A stretch of DNA of 64,000 bases from Antedon mediterranea (GCF_964355755.1 NC_092679.1:588201-652200); one strand, 5' to 3'. Shown: positions 41,446-55,737, numbered from the stretch's first letter. Notes: generated by a model not told the origin, from the sequence alone. Translations and numbers: made by a program.

Positions 41446-42340
41446 TTCAAGTGACATCAAGCGAATGTCAAATGATGTCACATTGAAATGTGCTTCTCCT
41501 TAAAACTAATGTCATTCCATCTATATCAAGAACCACATATTCATAATGCAGCATTTTTAAAATATATCCACCATCCGTTCCACTACCCCTAGCCAAATTT
41601 GATAGATGAATGACACCTAGTGAATATATATAATTAACAATGTCACAGTAAAACGTGCCACCCATACAACTTGCTCCAAATAATGTCATCAATCGCATTA
41701 TTCATTAATAAATGAGCATTGTAAAATGTTTTCACCTTCAACTCCCCTAGCCCCAAGTCAAATTCATTGAGTAAAACCTTACGTCATATTAAAAAACGTG
41801 CCACCTCTCTACAACTTTCCCCAAATGATGTCACCATGCAATCACATTAGTTATAATAATGTAATTCAACATTGGCATTGAGTTCGATAAAGAGAGAAAG
41901 ACATAATGTTGATTGCACAGGACAAAATTAAATGGTAACTCAATTAAATTACTGTTACTAGTTATAATAGTTAGACCTTGAAGTTCAAATTACATGGATA
42001 ATGTACAAAAATGAGTTCACTTCTTAAAGACTAAGAACTGACTTGACTAGCACACATGCTTACAGGAATGTATTCAAAATAACAATAATGAAACAACAAT
42101 GGAATAAATAAGAAATAACAGACGAATAACAATAATTCTTGATGAAAAGGAAGAAGGCAGGATGCGGGACACGTGACATGACAAATCAACCAGGACATTA
42201 AACACCAACCGAGGAGCCAACAAATTATAATAAAAAAACACCAATAAAAAAAACCATTTCGAACCAATAAAGTTGACAATTTCTTTTGATTTCATTTACA
42301 TTATTTTGAATTTTAAAAAATGTAATGTGTTTATTTTTGT

Positions 42341-43935
42341 TATTAGTTATCCGCTTAGTAGCGGATAACTCCTTGTAATCGTCCTGTTTCATCATCTTTT
42401 TTTTTTTTTTTTTCTGTATTATACTTCTTTCCTTCTGTCATTTTTGTGCGTCGCGTTTCTCTAAAACGTGTAAACAGAACATATCGTAACTTTGTCAACA
42501 TATCGACATTTACGTGAACTTGTGCACCTCCTATTTTTGAATGACGTCAGAGTTGCGCAACGTGACTTACGCGCGATTTTATGAATTTCAATGATTGATC
42601 ATAGACTAAAAACGAAACATAATTTTGTTTTGACACTTTGTGAAAATTTAATTCACATCAAGCGCAAACTTCCTATGGATTAAAAATAGCATGTTTCACA
42701 AAAAGTTACGCGCGCACGCGCGTTTAAAATTTTAGAGTGCGAAAAATCAACTTCTAATCAACTTTCTATGCGTTTCATGTCATTTTGAGCATGTCAAAAA
42801 TTCCCACGCGCGCGAAACTTTTTACGCACGCGGTGCACACTTAGAGTTAAAAACATATTTTTTACGAGTGATTCATGTTTTTTCAGCCTTTTATAGTAAT
42901 GTTACCAACCTTTAAACAATTTCGACTTAAAATTACGTCATACGAGCACGTCGAATTAAATAATTTGCACGCGTTTCTGGTGAAAAAGTTCAAAAATTCG
43001 TCAAAATTATGCCTATTTTTAAACAGTCATAGATTCTAAACTACATGGAGAACTTTTTTTTAATTACATATTCTGGAAGTTGATGAGTTGTAGATATCGA
43101 ATCATGCATTAATATGGCTAACCGGACATTGTGACGTCATCGTATGGCCACGCGAATATAAAATATAGGATTTTTGTCTCTTTCGTCATAGCTCATCACA
43201 TTTAATAGAGCGCATCTTCACTTATTCGTAGTCGATTTTCACCCCGATTTTAATATATTCTAGGTCAATCAACTATGTTTGCATGAATTAAAAATTTCTT
43301 AATTTTTTTATCGTCATCATGCCTAAAAATTTCAATTACGTTGGTCATTAATTTCATCTTTCCAGTAAATTTTAATCTGTTATAGCTCGTACGAATAAAA
43401 TGTGATAATCAGGATTAAAACGTTTTCAGGAAGCTATTGTATTGTAGATACAAAATCATGTGAAAATTATGCCAATCGAATGTTGTGACGTCATCATATG
43501 GCCAGTTAAATACAAAAAGTCATATTTTCATCTTTTGCGTTATATTTCATTAGATTTAAAAGAGCGCGCATCAATATTTCACGTATTCAAATTTCTTCTA
43601 CACGTTAATATGTTGTTGCTGAGATAATTTCATTCTGAAATTTCTACTTTTGCATTTCATTTTGAAACCGTCAAGATGTTAAAAATTACAATAAAATACG
43701 GGTCCCGTAATTTCACCTATTTTACACTGTTTGTGATATGTATACAGATTGTACTGTGTATACTATGTATATGACACAAAATAACAGAATTCAGAAATAA
43801 CAACATATCATATTCTTCAGTTCAGGTCATAATGCCTTAATATTTTTCTGTGTGCAATATTCTAACGTATGACGTGCACGTGGCGTTTGTCGAGCGGATA
43901 ACTAACTCGTCAAAGTGACGAGTTTCATGTCTAGT
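42341..43935 (+). mobile_element. Non-autonomous Helentron-associated element (HINE/DINE-1-like)
   Basis: 5' hairpin AGTTATCCGCT-TAGT-AGCGGATAACT and a T-rich tract. Diverged internal ~354-bp repeat. 3' subterminal inverted repeat AGCGGATAACTAA (43893-43905), 3' stem-loop AACTCGTCA-AAG-TGACGAGTT, and a CTAGT end in T-rich context. Confidence 0.82.
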
Positions 43936-44834
43936 TGTAATTCTTTTCTCTTATCATAAAGTGCAATTCAGCTGAAAAATGATACTTTTTTCCTGCTGCT
44001 AAATTTTATGAATGTATTTTTATGTATATAATTGAATAATTGAATAAAATATACCAGTGATATATAAAATAATACTAAATATTACCAACAATCAAAACAT
44101 TAGGTCTTCCGGTGTATTTGTATCAATCAATCAAAAACCCAATTCAATTTATCTCGGTCAGAAGGAAGAAGCAATGTTATAAACAACACTGTAAACCAAT
44201 TTCTACTTCACTATTGAGGTTGTAAATCAAGACAGAGATAGAATTCTTTGATTTTGATTGTTGGGGACCTTTCTCGTTTCACCGGTCGTATTTCTGGTGA
44301 TGCAGTAATGGGATAGATAATTAGAAACTACAGGATTTATATTTGCCTACTATCAATCTTTTAACAAAGCTTCACAAAGGTTAATTAAACAAAGTCATCT
44401 TCAAAATTAACATTTTTATTAATCTATATGCACATTTTTTTAATTAAATATTAATATTTTCAAAAATTAACAAAACCAGTATATTTATAAATTGATATCA
44501 TGATCATCAATATCATAATTATCATCCCCATCCATACAAGTTTTTTCCTTCCTCTTATCAACCAAATTCCCTAATATGGACTTAAATACGAACTACTAAA
44601 ATCAGATTTATTCAGAGACTTCTTGCTATTTTCTATTCTATTCTATTTCTTCTAAGATAAAACTATTCATTTCAATAATTTAATAGTTAGTCAACATTTA
44701 TGGTTATAAATCTATTTGAATTCCTTTTTTTTGGTTCACTTTGTTATTTTGATATTTATATTTTAAATTAAAGAACAAATTAGTGGGAATGTGCAGTTTC
44801 CTTGATAATGGATTAGTGTTAATATCTGACTTGA

Positions 44835-44930
44835 TTTAGCTTATACCCACAGCATTGTTCAGTCATTTAGCTTATACCCACAGCATTGTTCAGTCATTTA
44901 GCTTATACCCACAGCATTGTTCAGTCATTT
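44835..44930. repeat. 31-bp tandem triplication
   Basis: TTTAGCTTATACCCACAGCATTGTTCAGTCA x3. Confidence 0.9.
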
Positions 44931-44986
44931 GCCTTTTGATTTATATTCATATTATGTATACATCCTGTTATCGGCTATAATATAAC

Positions 44987-45361
44987 AATCTGTATACTAA
45001 TCTGTATACTAGTTTGCATACTAATCTGTATACTAATCTACATACTAATCTGTATACTAATCTTTATATTAATCTGTATACTAATTTGCATACTAATCTG
45101 TATACTAATCTGTATAATACCAACCTACATACTAATTTGTATACTAATTTGCATACTAATCTGTATACTAAGTTGCATACTATTTTGTATTCTAATCTGT
45201 ATACTAATTAGCCTCTAATCTATATACTAATAATATAATATGCATATTAATCTGCATACTAATTTTCATACTAATCTGCATACTAATCTAATATACTAAT
45301 CTATATATTAATCTATATACTAATCTTTAAACCTATTTTCATACTAATCTGTATACTAATC
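44987..45361. repeat. 12-bp degenerate minisatellite (AATCTGTATACT)
   Basis: Tandem periodicity. Confidence 0.88.
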
Positions 45362-45691
45362 AACATAAAACAACTGTGAAATATAACAACATTTCAACAT
45401 CAGGAACATTATCTGTAAAAATAATTCCTGTCAAAGGTCACCACACAGTTGTTATTCTATCTGTTGCTTAATATTTTATATAAAGACAGTTATGATTTGA
45501 CAACGAAATAATGGTTTGATTTACGAGATATGCTTTCCTAGAAATTTAAATTTGGGTTAAACTCATCCAATACACAATATAATATGGAGGCATTTTAACA
45601 TACAGTAATGGTTCTATTAAAGATAGATTTCCTCCCAAAAACATGAAAAATGAAATTTAAATCAGATATTGATAGGCCAAATTGTTGTATT

Positions 45692-45866
45692 GTGATGATA
45701 TTGATGATGATGATATTGATGATGATATTGATAATCATGATGAAAATGATGCTAAAGATAAGGATGATAATAATGATAGGGCAATGTTAGTGATGATAAT
45801 AATGATAGGGCAATATTAGTGATGATAATAATGATAGGGCAATGTTAGTGATGATAATAATGATGA
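45692..45866. repeat. (GAT)-rich low-complexity tract with 29-bp repeats
   Basis: GATGATAATAATGATAGGGCAATRTTAGT x3, preceded by a GAT/GATATT tract. Confidence 0.8.
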
Positions 45867-47077
45867 AGTCTCCCTAAGTAGTATTAATTCTATTAAACAT
45901 TTTACTGTTCTGAATTTGAAGCCAGTACAAACGATAAAAATACCATCGTAAAGTATTTGTCATTTAGCTTCCAATTTCATTCATTTATTGCCGATTAACT
46001 AGGCTATATCTTGTCAGATTAATTTGACCTATTTTTACAACTTGTTTAATTAGATTCTTCTTCTTAATTGAACAAGTTTCCTTTCAACACACTTATTAAC
46101 GCAATATGATGACAGAAATTATTTATCACTGAAAATTTAACCAGTTTGGATCTCTTGGGAGGAATGAAGAGTTTTATTTTCTGAACTCGGTGAAGAAAAC
46201 AGATACTTATGGCCCTCTATGTCAATATTTGGAAGTTAAATTTCAATGGAAAGCAAGAAATTCTAATCCACACATCATTAATGTATATAAAATTAAAGTG
46301 AAAAGATGACCTGCCATGTGAAAGAAGCAACATCTGAAAGTGGACAGCAAATATTTAATGTGGAAGATGTAATACAAACTGATGTCCATCTACCGTAGTA
46401 CCTTTAGAACGCACGCCAGGTATAAATACATTATTATTTTTTGTAATAATATAAAATTAATCATTCTGTATTTCACCAAAAATTTACGATGTAGTTTTGA
46501 TTACTTATTGTATTTGTTTCTTCTAGGTACGTTTTTATACTCCTGGGTAAAAGTGAGTTTTCCATTTGTACAACTGTACTACATACAAAGGTTGTAGAAA
46601 ATCGTTTAAGCATCAACAGTATTAGGAGATATAGTGCTATCTAAGTAATTTATCCTACAGACGACAATGTTCTTAAAACACGTTTTTAACTCATAGGTTT
46701 CGCTATGTATATTAACTTAATTGTCCAACGAAATTAAACAAAATAAAATATATTGGTAGAGTTTATAAAGCAAGTTGAAGGCATGAATTCAGCACGTACT
46801 TAGCCACGAGTCGTCATTGAATTGGATACATATCATACATTTATATTAACTCAACACAAATTTCAGATTAAAGTTGTACATAACAATTTGAAAATTAATC
46901 AAGCATCTTGTAAATCCCATCATCATTAACTAAATATAACACTAAGCATGTTCAATCAAATTGTAACTAATAACTATAAAAGTTCTACTCTTCATAGTAA
47001 AGATGTCTGTGAGAAGACAAGCAGCAATGCTTTAATGCATACGAGATTCCTATAGAACCTTTATGGCAATTGGCTTA

Positions 47078-47371
47078 AGCTGCTTTCACATAGAAAAATA
47101 TCATGGAAAATGGGCTCAGTGGTGAAGCATTGGATTGTTCAACACATACAATTTGGATCCGTACCTGATTCGGACTCCATGCAATGGATCAAGAAGCCAT
47201 TTGTTTGATGAAATCTTACGATTTTTTTCTTTTGACAAATCAACAGTAAGCATGAATGACCTCGCTTCACAACGAATAACCGAATTTGTACTCGATGTGA
47301 AAGCGTGCTCAATGCTCGTGATATTTTCCTTAGGGCGCCGGACTGAATCCGGGCCCGATGTGAAAGAAGCT
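47078..47371. mobile_element. PIF/Harbinger-like MITE (~294 bp) with TTA TSD
   Basis: TIR AGCTGCTTTCACAT / ATGTGAAAGAAGCT; TTA at 47075-77 and 47372-74. Confidence 0.82.
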
Positions 47372-47653
47372 TTAGTTTAAATCATTAACTGTAAACCAAA
47401 TCTAATCTGTGGTCACACTGTATCCGGTTTAATTAATATTTAATCAAATTATAATTCGAAGTCTGCTTCTAACATTTGGTCATATGCTATACAAATAGTT
47501 GAATGTCCTACAATTATCCAAAACTGTTGGCTCATTTGATCAATGTATGCTAATTAGTAATAGGACATCCACTTGGATTAAGTTTTACTTATTAATTAGC
47601 CTGTTCAAAAAATATTTTTAATCTTTATTTTTTGGGGGTAAATACATCTTTAA

Positions 47654-47823
47654 AGCTCTGTACCCCTACACTACAGTATCAAACTAATTTGACAACAAAG
47701 TATGATGTGCCCAAATATGGTAGTGATATGCCCAAATATGATAGTGATATGACATAATCATGTCCATATATGGGCACATGACATTTTTTTTGTCACATAA
47801 AGTTTGTTTGTGCAGACAGAGCT
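47654..47823. mobile_element. MITE family A copy
   Basis: TIRs and internal repeats are conserved; TAA/TTA flanks. Confidence 0.83.
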
Positions 47824-50800
47824 TTAGTAATATTTTATGTTAGATGATAATTTGTGAAAGTCCATCCATATTGAGTCAGTGGAAAGTTTTGTAATGTGCT
47901 AGTCCATCGATTGGCAAGAAGATTGGTAATGAAGGGCAGATGTACTGTATGTATAAATATAAAATGTATCACTGGGCGGTATATAAAGATAAAGTTGACA
48001 CCACCTTGGTTTGATATCAAGAATTAGTCCAATCATTTTAGTTTAAAATATCGGTGACCACTATTATGATGATTGAAGAGGTCGCTGAGAAACGTCTACG
48101 TACACCTGCTATTTCTAATATTACCTGCAAATTTTTCATGTTACAAAGGTTTATTGAGAAACGTACATTAAGATTAATTACATATAAACAAATAGTACAA
48201 AATACAGGATGATCACTTATTGATTCGAACTGAGGAGGTTGTGGCGGTGGAGGCTAAATGAATTATAGCAATCAACGGAAATGAATTTATCTCATGAGTT
48301 GATGAAGTCAAAATAAGTGAATTTACTATGTCTTCGCAAACAAACCAGCTGCTGTAAAAAGAATCGTGCAAGAACACCTGCTGGAAGCGGAAAGGAGCAA
48401 TAAAGGAAGGGGAACGGTTTCGTTGTTGTCAAGGTTGTTTCCCAGGGTTACAGTTATAAGTGATATATAATGGTTCAGGCTCATACAACCACAATAATGA
48501 GTAAGATAATGGTTTGAAAGTATAAAATCGATCGTAAGTATTACATTAAAAACAAACAAAAAACATTTGAACAACGCTTTGAAATAATCAAAGTGTAACC
48601 AGTCGATAGGATTCTACTGTATGGAATTGTGGGTAGCAGACGACAGCATGGAATTGTGGGTAGCAGACGGCAGCATGAAGCCATGTTTCTGTCAAGGCAG
48701 GTGCAAATATAGGGTCTTAGCAACAACAAAGTATTGACATGACAACAAAAGATTTGAAATCATTACCTTACATAAATATTAAATGAGAAAGTCTACAAAT
48801 ATTCAGATGAAGGCACTTTTTAAAGATAAAAAAAGTAAAAAGGCCTCAAGAAAAAATGTCTCTTCTCAAATTCATCCAACAGGGTGGATAAACAATTTTT
48901 TTATAATTTATCGTGCTTATAAACTAAGTCTCATTTGAGGGTTAGGAAGTGGAGTTGAAAGAGTCGCTAGTTACAATCCTGGCACTAGGTCAGGATTGAA
49001 CCCTGGACCTTAGGATTGGAAGGCTACAGCTCCACTACAAAGATTTGTACTTTGCAGTTCAATATTCTGTTTATTTCATAGTTATTCCTTTGTTCTATTA
49101 CACAAAATTGCTTCTAATCACAATGTGTCATCAACATAGAAACATTGATTTTACGAGCAAGATAGACTTCTTTGGTCACATGATTAGACATAAACGGGAA
49201 ATTGTCAGCCAAGTTTAATGAAATCATTACTCTTAGAAGATGAGATAACTCATTATGTGGAAAGTCCATGCTAAGTCTGACAATGTCAAATAATCTATAC
49301 CACATAGTAAAAATGTGCTTTACAAATGTAGTATACAGATCATGTCATTTATAATATTTTGTGGTGTGTGTGATCATAGATTTATACAATAATTTGAACA
49401 GAGAAAGAGAATAAAAAAACATTCAACAATATAATCCCTCCCTCTACTGATGTTTGAAAATAGTCAAAACCTAATTTATGAATCCAGAAATTTAATTTAT
49501 AATAAATTTATTTTTTTTATCATAAAACCCTCCAAAAAAACCCATCCCTCTACCGATGTTTTGAGAGTAGTCGAATCGGACAACTGAAATTCGTGGAATC
49601 ACAAAAGAATTTTACCAAAGCAGACAACCAAATTGATAATAAAATTGATGTATTATCAGAGATTGTTCACTCTACATGATGTGAAATGCCATATTCTACT
49701 ATTAATACCATATTTTATTGTAACATTTGCTTTTGAAAATGTGTGAAAATTAAAGGTTACTTGAATACTCAAACACACAGTCATAGATAGGATAATGAAA
49801 TTCAAGACTGTCAATTTCTCAGCTAATATTTTGTTTCTTCTTTAAATTCTTCTGTTTTTTTTCTGTAGAATCGTTATCGTGGGAGATATCCTCCGCTCAC
49901 TCTTATTGACGTATCGACAACATTTATCAAGATTATAGGCAAATCTTAGATTATCTTAAGCGTATCAACTTAGCTCTACTTTTTCTACATATACCCATTA
50001 AACATAAGTATATAGAAAATGTTATATTCGTCCGAGGTCAATGACATTTTCTAAAATTATGTAACTAGTTTTATTAAAGATGTATTGTCCCCCAATGAAA
50101 CAATAAAATGAAGATAAATAAATTCAGATAGTTGTAAAGGTTATTCACTTCGTATAAAAAAAACAAACAAAAATCACTAAAAAGACAAAATAACAGTTAA
50201 ATTTAACCACAATCCCATTTTCCAACAGACAATTTGAAAACTTTTTATATTTTGCTTAATCACTGCTTTTATTATGTTAACACAACTGTTCTTCCTTCTA
50301 TTTTATTTTAATTGGTTAAATAGGACAAGAATTTACTATATTATTTTGATCAAATTGTAGTACTACTACAGAGGGAGCTATTCATTTTATTGGTATTACC
50401 TGTGAACATACAAATTATTCACAATGTTTGTAAATGTAATTATTATATTTTAATCATTATAGTAATTAATCACTTTATTACTAATTTAAATGGTAACATC
50501 ATATACATATTCAATTTATAAAGAAATATTAAAATAAATAGAGTTTTTATAATAATTATAAGATTAAGATTTGGCAAAGAATAAGTTTATAGATGTAGGC
50601 CAGCGATACTTACAAGTGATATCGTATCTGAATTTAACAATTAATTAGACGCAAAATTAGAGTAAAGACATTTAAAATGATGAAAGGAAGATAAGCTTAG
50701 AGAACGTGATCAAGAACGAGATGGCTTGATGTCGACGACGAGACAAGCAAAACTCATCTTTAAAACAGCAATAATGTCGGCAAAAATATCTCTGTCAATG

Positions 50801-51164
50801 TACAAAAACTAATCATGATTTCTTTGTACAAATAATGTTTAAATTCTGTTTTCTACGAATCGGATGATTGCTCTAAATTGTTATTTACCGGCAATAATTA
50901 CTAATAGATAAAAAAAAATAATAAAGATTTTGAATTAAATCAAATATATAGTTTTAGGAAACATGATATCGGTCAGCTCATAATGAAACGTCTCAAGAAA
51001 AGTCAAAGAATACTACTGAACTGGTGCATTATCTAAAGAGGTGGCAATGAATGCATTTAACAATCAATCTGTGTTAAATAGAAGCATAGAATAGGATATA
51101 AGCATAGAACAGGTTAACACTTGGTCATATTATGCAAGATCTTAGGTACCTATCAAAACCTGAG

Positions 51165-51215
51165 CTGCACCGACGAGATCTAATAAGATTGAAACAGAAC
51201 GCCTACTGTCTGCAG
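51165..51215 (+). ncRNA. Degenerate hammerhead copy of the 6732 family (core mutated)
   Basis: CTGCA-CCGACGA-GATCT(AATA)AGATT-GAAA-CAG(AACGCCTA)CTG-TC-TGCAG; the CUGA core is changed to CCGA. Confidence 0.6.
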
Positions 51216-51709
51216 ATTGCGTATATATTTTCGAAGAAAAACTGAATTTTACCAAACAATCTAAAATAGCAAGTAAACCAACATCACCACACAATTCTAG
51301 ATAACATCTAAAACATCGCTTCATTAAGAGATCCTGGAAAGAACTAGTTTTATGTGTTGACAAAAGAGAGCAGATTCTAGGAATATGTATCAAATTGATT
51401 GACAATTTAAGAATTATCACACTACACAAATCTTGTATAATGAGTAGAGTGCTTACACTAGCATTTGAAACTAATAAATATCAACGAGCGTTGTTAATTA
51501 CACTTGAATTTCATTATAATGTCAAACAATGTGCTGAAGAAAGCATGTTTAATAAACTGTTTGATAATTGTACATTAAGAAATAAAAAAATTAATTAAAA
51601 ATAAAAATATTCCATAATATAGTAAACAAGTATAACATTCATCCAATGGGACTTTCAAAACATAATGTATAATTATTAATTCTACAGATCAATCAATTCC
51701 TCAACTTAC

Positions 51710-51820
51710 CCCTTCTCTCTCTTGTTCAGCTAATTGTAATGAACATCTTAATTCAAAGAGTGTGTCGCCACCAAACATAACCCCAATAAAGGCACCATCC
51801 TTCTTTAAACAGTTGCAAAT
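51710..51820 (-). CDS. NDUFAF5: NDUFAF5 coding exon (111 nt; [37 protein letters not shown])
   Basis: ttctAG acceptor, GTAAGT donor. Highly conserved [33 protein letters not shown]. Confidence 0.95.
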
Positions 51821-52150
51821 CTAGAAGAATTCATAGTATTTAAAAGACCTCTTTGCCACTCATATATTATAATCTGTCTTTCTCATCCAAAACAGTTAGA
51901 AACTTGCCAATTACGGGATGGATAAAATATAATTAGAATAAGGTTAACTGTTTATCAGATTTATTAAGGTATCTAAACACATGGGTACGGTTCACTTCTT
52001 TACTGTAATTATATTGTTTGAAGGTTTGCATGGCGAAATCAATAATAAGGTTGCGGCACACCACGTATATTAGTTCTAAAAAAAACTGTTGAGTTTCTCA
52101 ATCTGTTAAAAGTTGTAAAGGAAGGCTATGTATGGTATGGGCAATGAACG

Positions 52151-52313
52151 TCAGACCATGGAGGAAAAAATAAAAGGAGATCTCTCAAGATCGTTTAATG
52201 TTTATAAACAATTGTAATCCAATTTTCCCCTATGCTACAAAGTTATGGTTTTCCGCTCCGGTGACTCCGATTTGTGCTCGCAAATTTATTTTTTCCTCCA
52301 TTACATGGTCAGA
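52151..52313. mobile_element. Small inverted-repeat element (MITE-like)
   Basis: GACCATGGAGGAAAAAATAAA / TTTATTTTTTCCTCCATTACATGGTC. Confidence 0.55.
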
Positions 52314-53422
52314 CTAAGTGGATAAAAAGAGTAGCTAGATGTTTATTGTACGTTTTTAATTACATTTGCCATAATATCATCTCTTGTGTGTAAACAATTA
52401 CAGATTCCTATGTTTTTTCAATACAATGTAATCTTCAAAGAGATGTACACTAATGGTTGTCCAGATCATTCACCTTCTTCTCACATCCCAAACAAACATC
52501 GCAAAACACAAAAAAAAACCAGATTTTCAAAATAGTATCTACTCTCTATTTTCCATTCTCTCATCAACATTGAACTGTATTTAAACCTCAAAACAACATT
52601 ACAATCTAATACGTTACTATTTTAATAAAAACATCAGGTACTTTGGATGTGAATACTTAAAGGATGGGGAAAAACAGCTATATTTTAGTACAGCTCCTCA
52701 AACAGCTTATTTCATTTCTCAAGATTAATTATGATCTCTCTAAAAATGGCACAGACAAAAATTGGACTGAATGATTTGAACACAGAAAACTGGTAATCAA
52801 GCATGTTACCACAAAGTTAAGCCACAACTAAATTACATTGTACAACTTGCTTATGTTAAATTATAGTAATCATGTAAAGGGTAGGGATAATAGAAAGCGT
52901 ACAGATTTTCTTGTTAGAGAGTATTTAACGCTTTTTGCAAATACTCAAATATTGCAAAAGGTGAAATTTTCTTTGATTACTAGTAGGCCTAATTACATAA
53001 ATTATTAATTTTTACTTGATGCCAATCAAAATTGCAGTTAATTTATCATCTAATTACTATTACTTTCTGATTGAATTACCCTACCTTTGTACTCTTGGCT
53101 TATGTGTAATTGGGTAAAACATCTTATTAACATAGGACACCTGTTCATATGCTAATTACGATAACCTGGTATATTAACATCATATGTTGATGGATGTTCA
53201 CATTCACTAATAATGCTCCTTAAACATTGCCAGCAAAACATACACCAGGCTTAAATAAACACTGGTCTTGTGTATAGTGCGCACATAGTCCTGGATGTGT
53301 ACTAAAGTGATTTGCCCAAATATGGTAGTGAATATGCTTTAAATATTGAAATAGTGAAATGATGTCGTCATGCCCATATATGTCACATAAAGTGTGATAG
53401 TGTGTAATAAGTAAGTACTTAC

Positions 53423-53462
53423 CTGATGGAGAGTTCCTGGTAGATTGTTGACCCAGTGCAAA
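53423..53462 (-). CDS. NDUFAF5: NDUFAF5 coding exon (40 nt; (S)LHWVNNLPGTLHQ)
   Basis: Polypyrimidine tract plus AG acceptor and GTAAGT donor. LHWVNxLP motif. Completes the phase-2 codon from the previous exon. Confidence 0.93.
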
Positions 53463-53825
53463 CTAAAAAAAAAAGAAATTCTTCAAAAGTTTTTCAAATT
53501 AAAATCTTCAAATAAATCAACCTTATCATAATCTACACAGAAGAATAATATGACTTATAACATATTTGAGTATTTATTCCATTTTGTCGTAATCTAAAAC
53601 CAGCCGCAATTAAATCTTATGACAGCATTCATATCTAAAATTAATTGTGCATACATTTCATAACATTAATTATAAAATTAAAAACAAATCAAATAGTAAT
53701 AAATTAATAATATTATAACAAGAAAAATTGTGAACAGTTACAGTTTATTTGTAATGGTTCTCATTATAGAAAGTTGATAAGAAACCAAAGGGTATGTGAG
53801 CACTACATTTTATTATGAAGCATCT

Positions 53826-53913
53826 GTTTTCTAATGGTCATGTCGCGTGTTTGTTCTAATGGTCATGTCCCGTGTTTGTTCTAATGGTCATGTTGCGTGT
53901 TTGTTCTAATGGT
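53826..53913. repeat. 25-bp tandem repeat x3.5
   Basis: TTCTAATGGTCATGTYGCGTGTTTG repeated. Confidence 0.85.
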
Positions 53914-54014
53914 GTTGGCGCGAGAGGTTGTAGGTTTGAGCCTCATTGGAGACGTTTTATCACATGATCAATTTATGGGACAATGTGAGCTATGCTAGGC
54001 GGAACACTGTGTTA

Positions 54015-54209
54015 ACGGTCTTTCACACCTGTTCCGGCACGGTTCTTTCCAACGTCAAAAAAATCTAATCGAACATGTGTTTCATTTTCACGACGCTCCA
54101 CGCGGCTATGCACCAATCGATATGCGCATGGCTGCATGAAAAACGAAACATTGACTTGATTTTTTGGCCGCAGGAATAGAACCGTGTCAGAACAAGTGTT
54201 AAAGACCCT
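54015..54209. mobile_element. PIF/Harbinger-like MITE (~195 bp) with TTA TSD
   Basis: Long imperfect TIRs GGTCTTTCACACCTGTTCCGGCACGGTTCT / AGAACCGTGTCAGAACAAGTGTTAAAGACC; TTA at 54012-14 and 54210-12. Confidence 0.8.
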
Positions 54210-55737
54210 TTACACACTAACTGTACACTTCATTTTTAAAGGTCCTCTTTATAAAAGGAAATGATGAGATAGGATGAATTAAAATCCATGAATGTAATTG
54301 ATAATAGTTTAGAAACAATTCCTAATAATAGATGCAATAAATCACCAAAAAATAAATGTAAACAAAGTAATAAATCCAGTAAAAAAGTAAGTAACCGAAT
54401 AATGAAGATCTTACAAACCAAAGGATAAAAACAATTGATCTAGTAAAGTGATTTGTTGTGTTTTAGATACAATACAAATCATTTAAAACATTTCTTGTTT
54501 TTTTTTGCCAGTGTAATAAAACTGAGCAAAGTAAAGTAAGTACTTAAATTCACATAAAGTAGTCTTTTATCTCAAATTACAATTTAAAGATTAAATATGC
54601 AAATTTTTTTTAAATCGCATTTTTGCTGTTTATCAAACTAATGGAACAAGTCTAGCAAATATCTTGTTTTGTTGACTGAAATTACAATTTAAAGCTTTAA
54701 AATAGCGAAGTTTCCTATAAAAAGTTTACTTATAATTGCTGGTATTTAGACTTCAATTAGAGTAATGGAAATGATGATAGATTGTTTAATTTCAAAATTC
54801 CTACAACAAACATTGTTTTGCAAAAAGGGATTCTGTATTCTATGATAATATTGATTTGCTAATTAGATAAAACTAATTATATTATTAATTAATTATTAGT
54901 TGGATTATCAACAAATTATGGATTAATACATTTTGTGCAATTATAATACTTAAATAATTTCTTCTAGGAAGACATATTTTTACTTTTTTTAAAAATAATG
55001 TTTCCATCCGCCCTTAGATTTTATCAATCTAAAAAAGTCTCTAAAACACATTTACTCGTAATTTAAATTTAAACTTATTTTACATGATCTACTAAATAAC
55101 ATTCACAATTCTCTCATTGTCCAAAAAAAGAATTTAGAATGTTTTGAATTAGAATGGCGACATCAGTAAATGTGTTACACATGTTTCAAATGCAATTGTT
55201 GCCCTTTTAAAAAATATTGCATTATGTTATTATAATCAAACAAAACATTGAATATCAAAATACTAATAGATTTGTTGTTGATGTCTATTTTTATAGCCTT
55301 TTAGAACATTTAAAAAATATAATTATTATCTAGAGAAATGAATTTCTGAAATTACCATCACGATGTATTACAATTAATGATGATTTATTGTTGGATGACA
55401 TCTATTGTTAAATGGCTGTTTCAGTCATTAGTGCATGTAAAAGTTTTAAATTTAAATTACTGGAACATGTTAGTCAAAGATATGACATTTGACATTTAAT
55501 CACACAAAATAATAACAAATGAGTATTGATGGAAAAGGCTAATTGTGATTACAATGAAAATGATGATAGATGCTTCTGTATCTATAATTTGGACTGTTAC
55601 ATAGGAAAATAATTTGATACAGGGTCACATATGTATCACATGTGAGGCCCTAAATGAAACCTTTGTGTGAATGTGTAAATGAATAATACTGGTATTGCAT
55701 GTGATAACACTTTAAGGAAATATAATATACCATTCTA

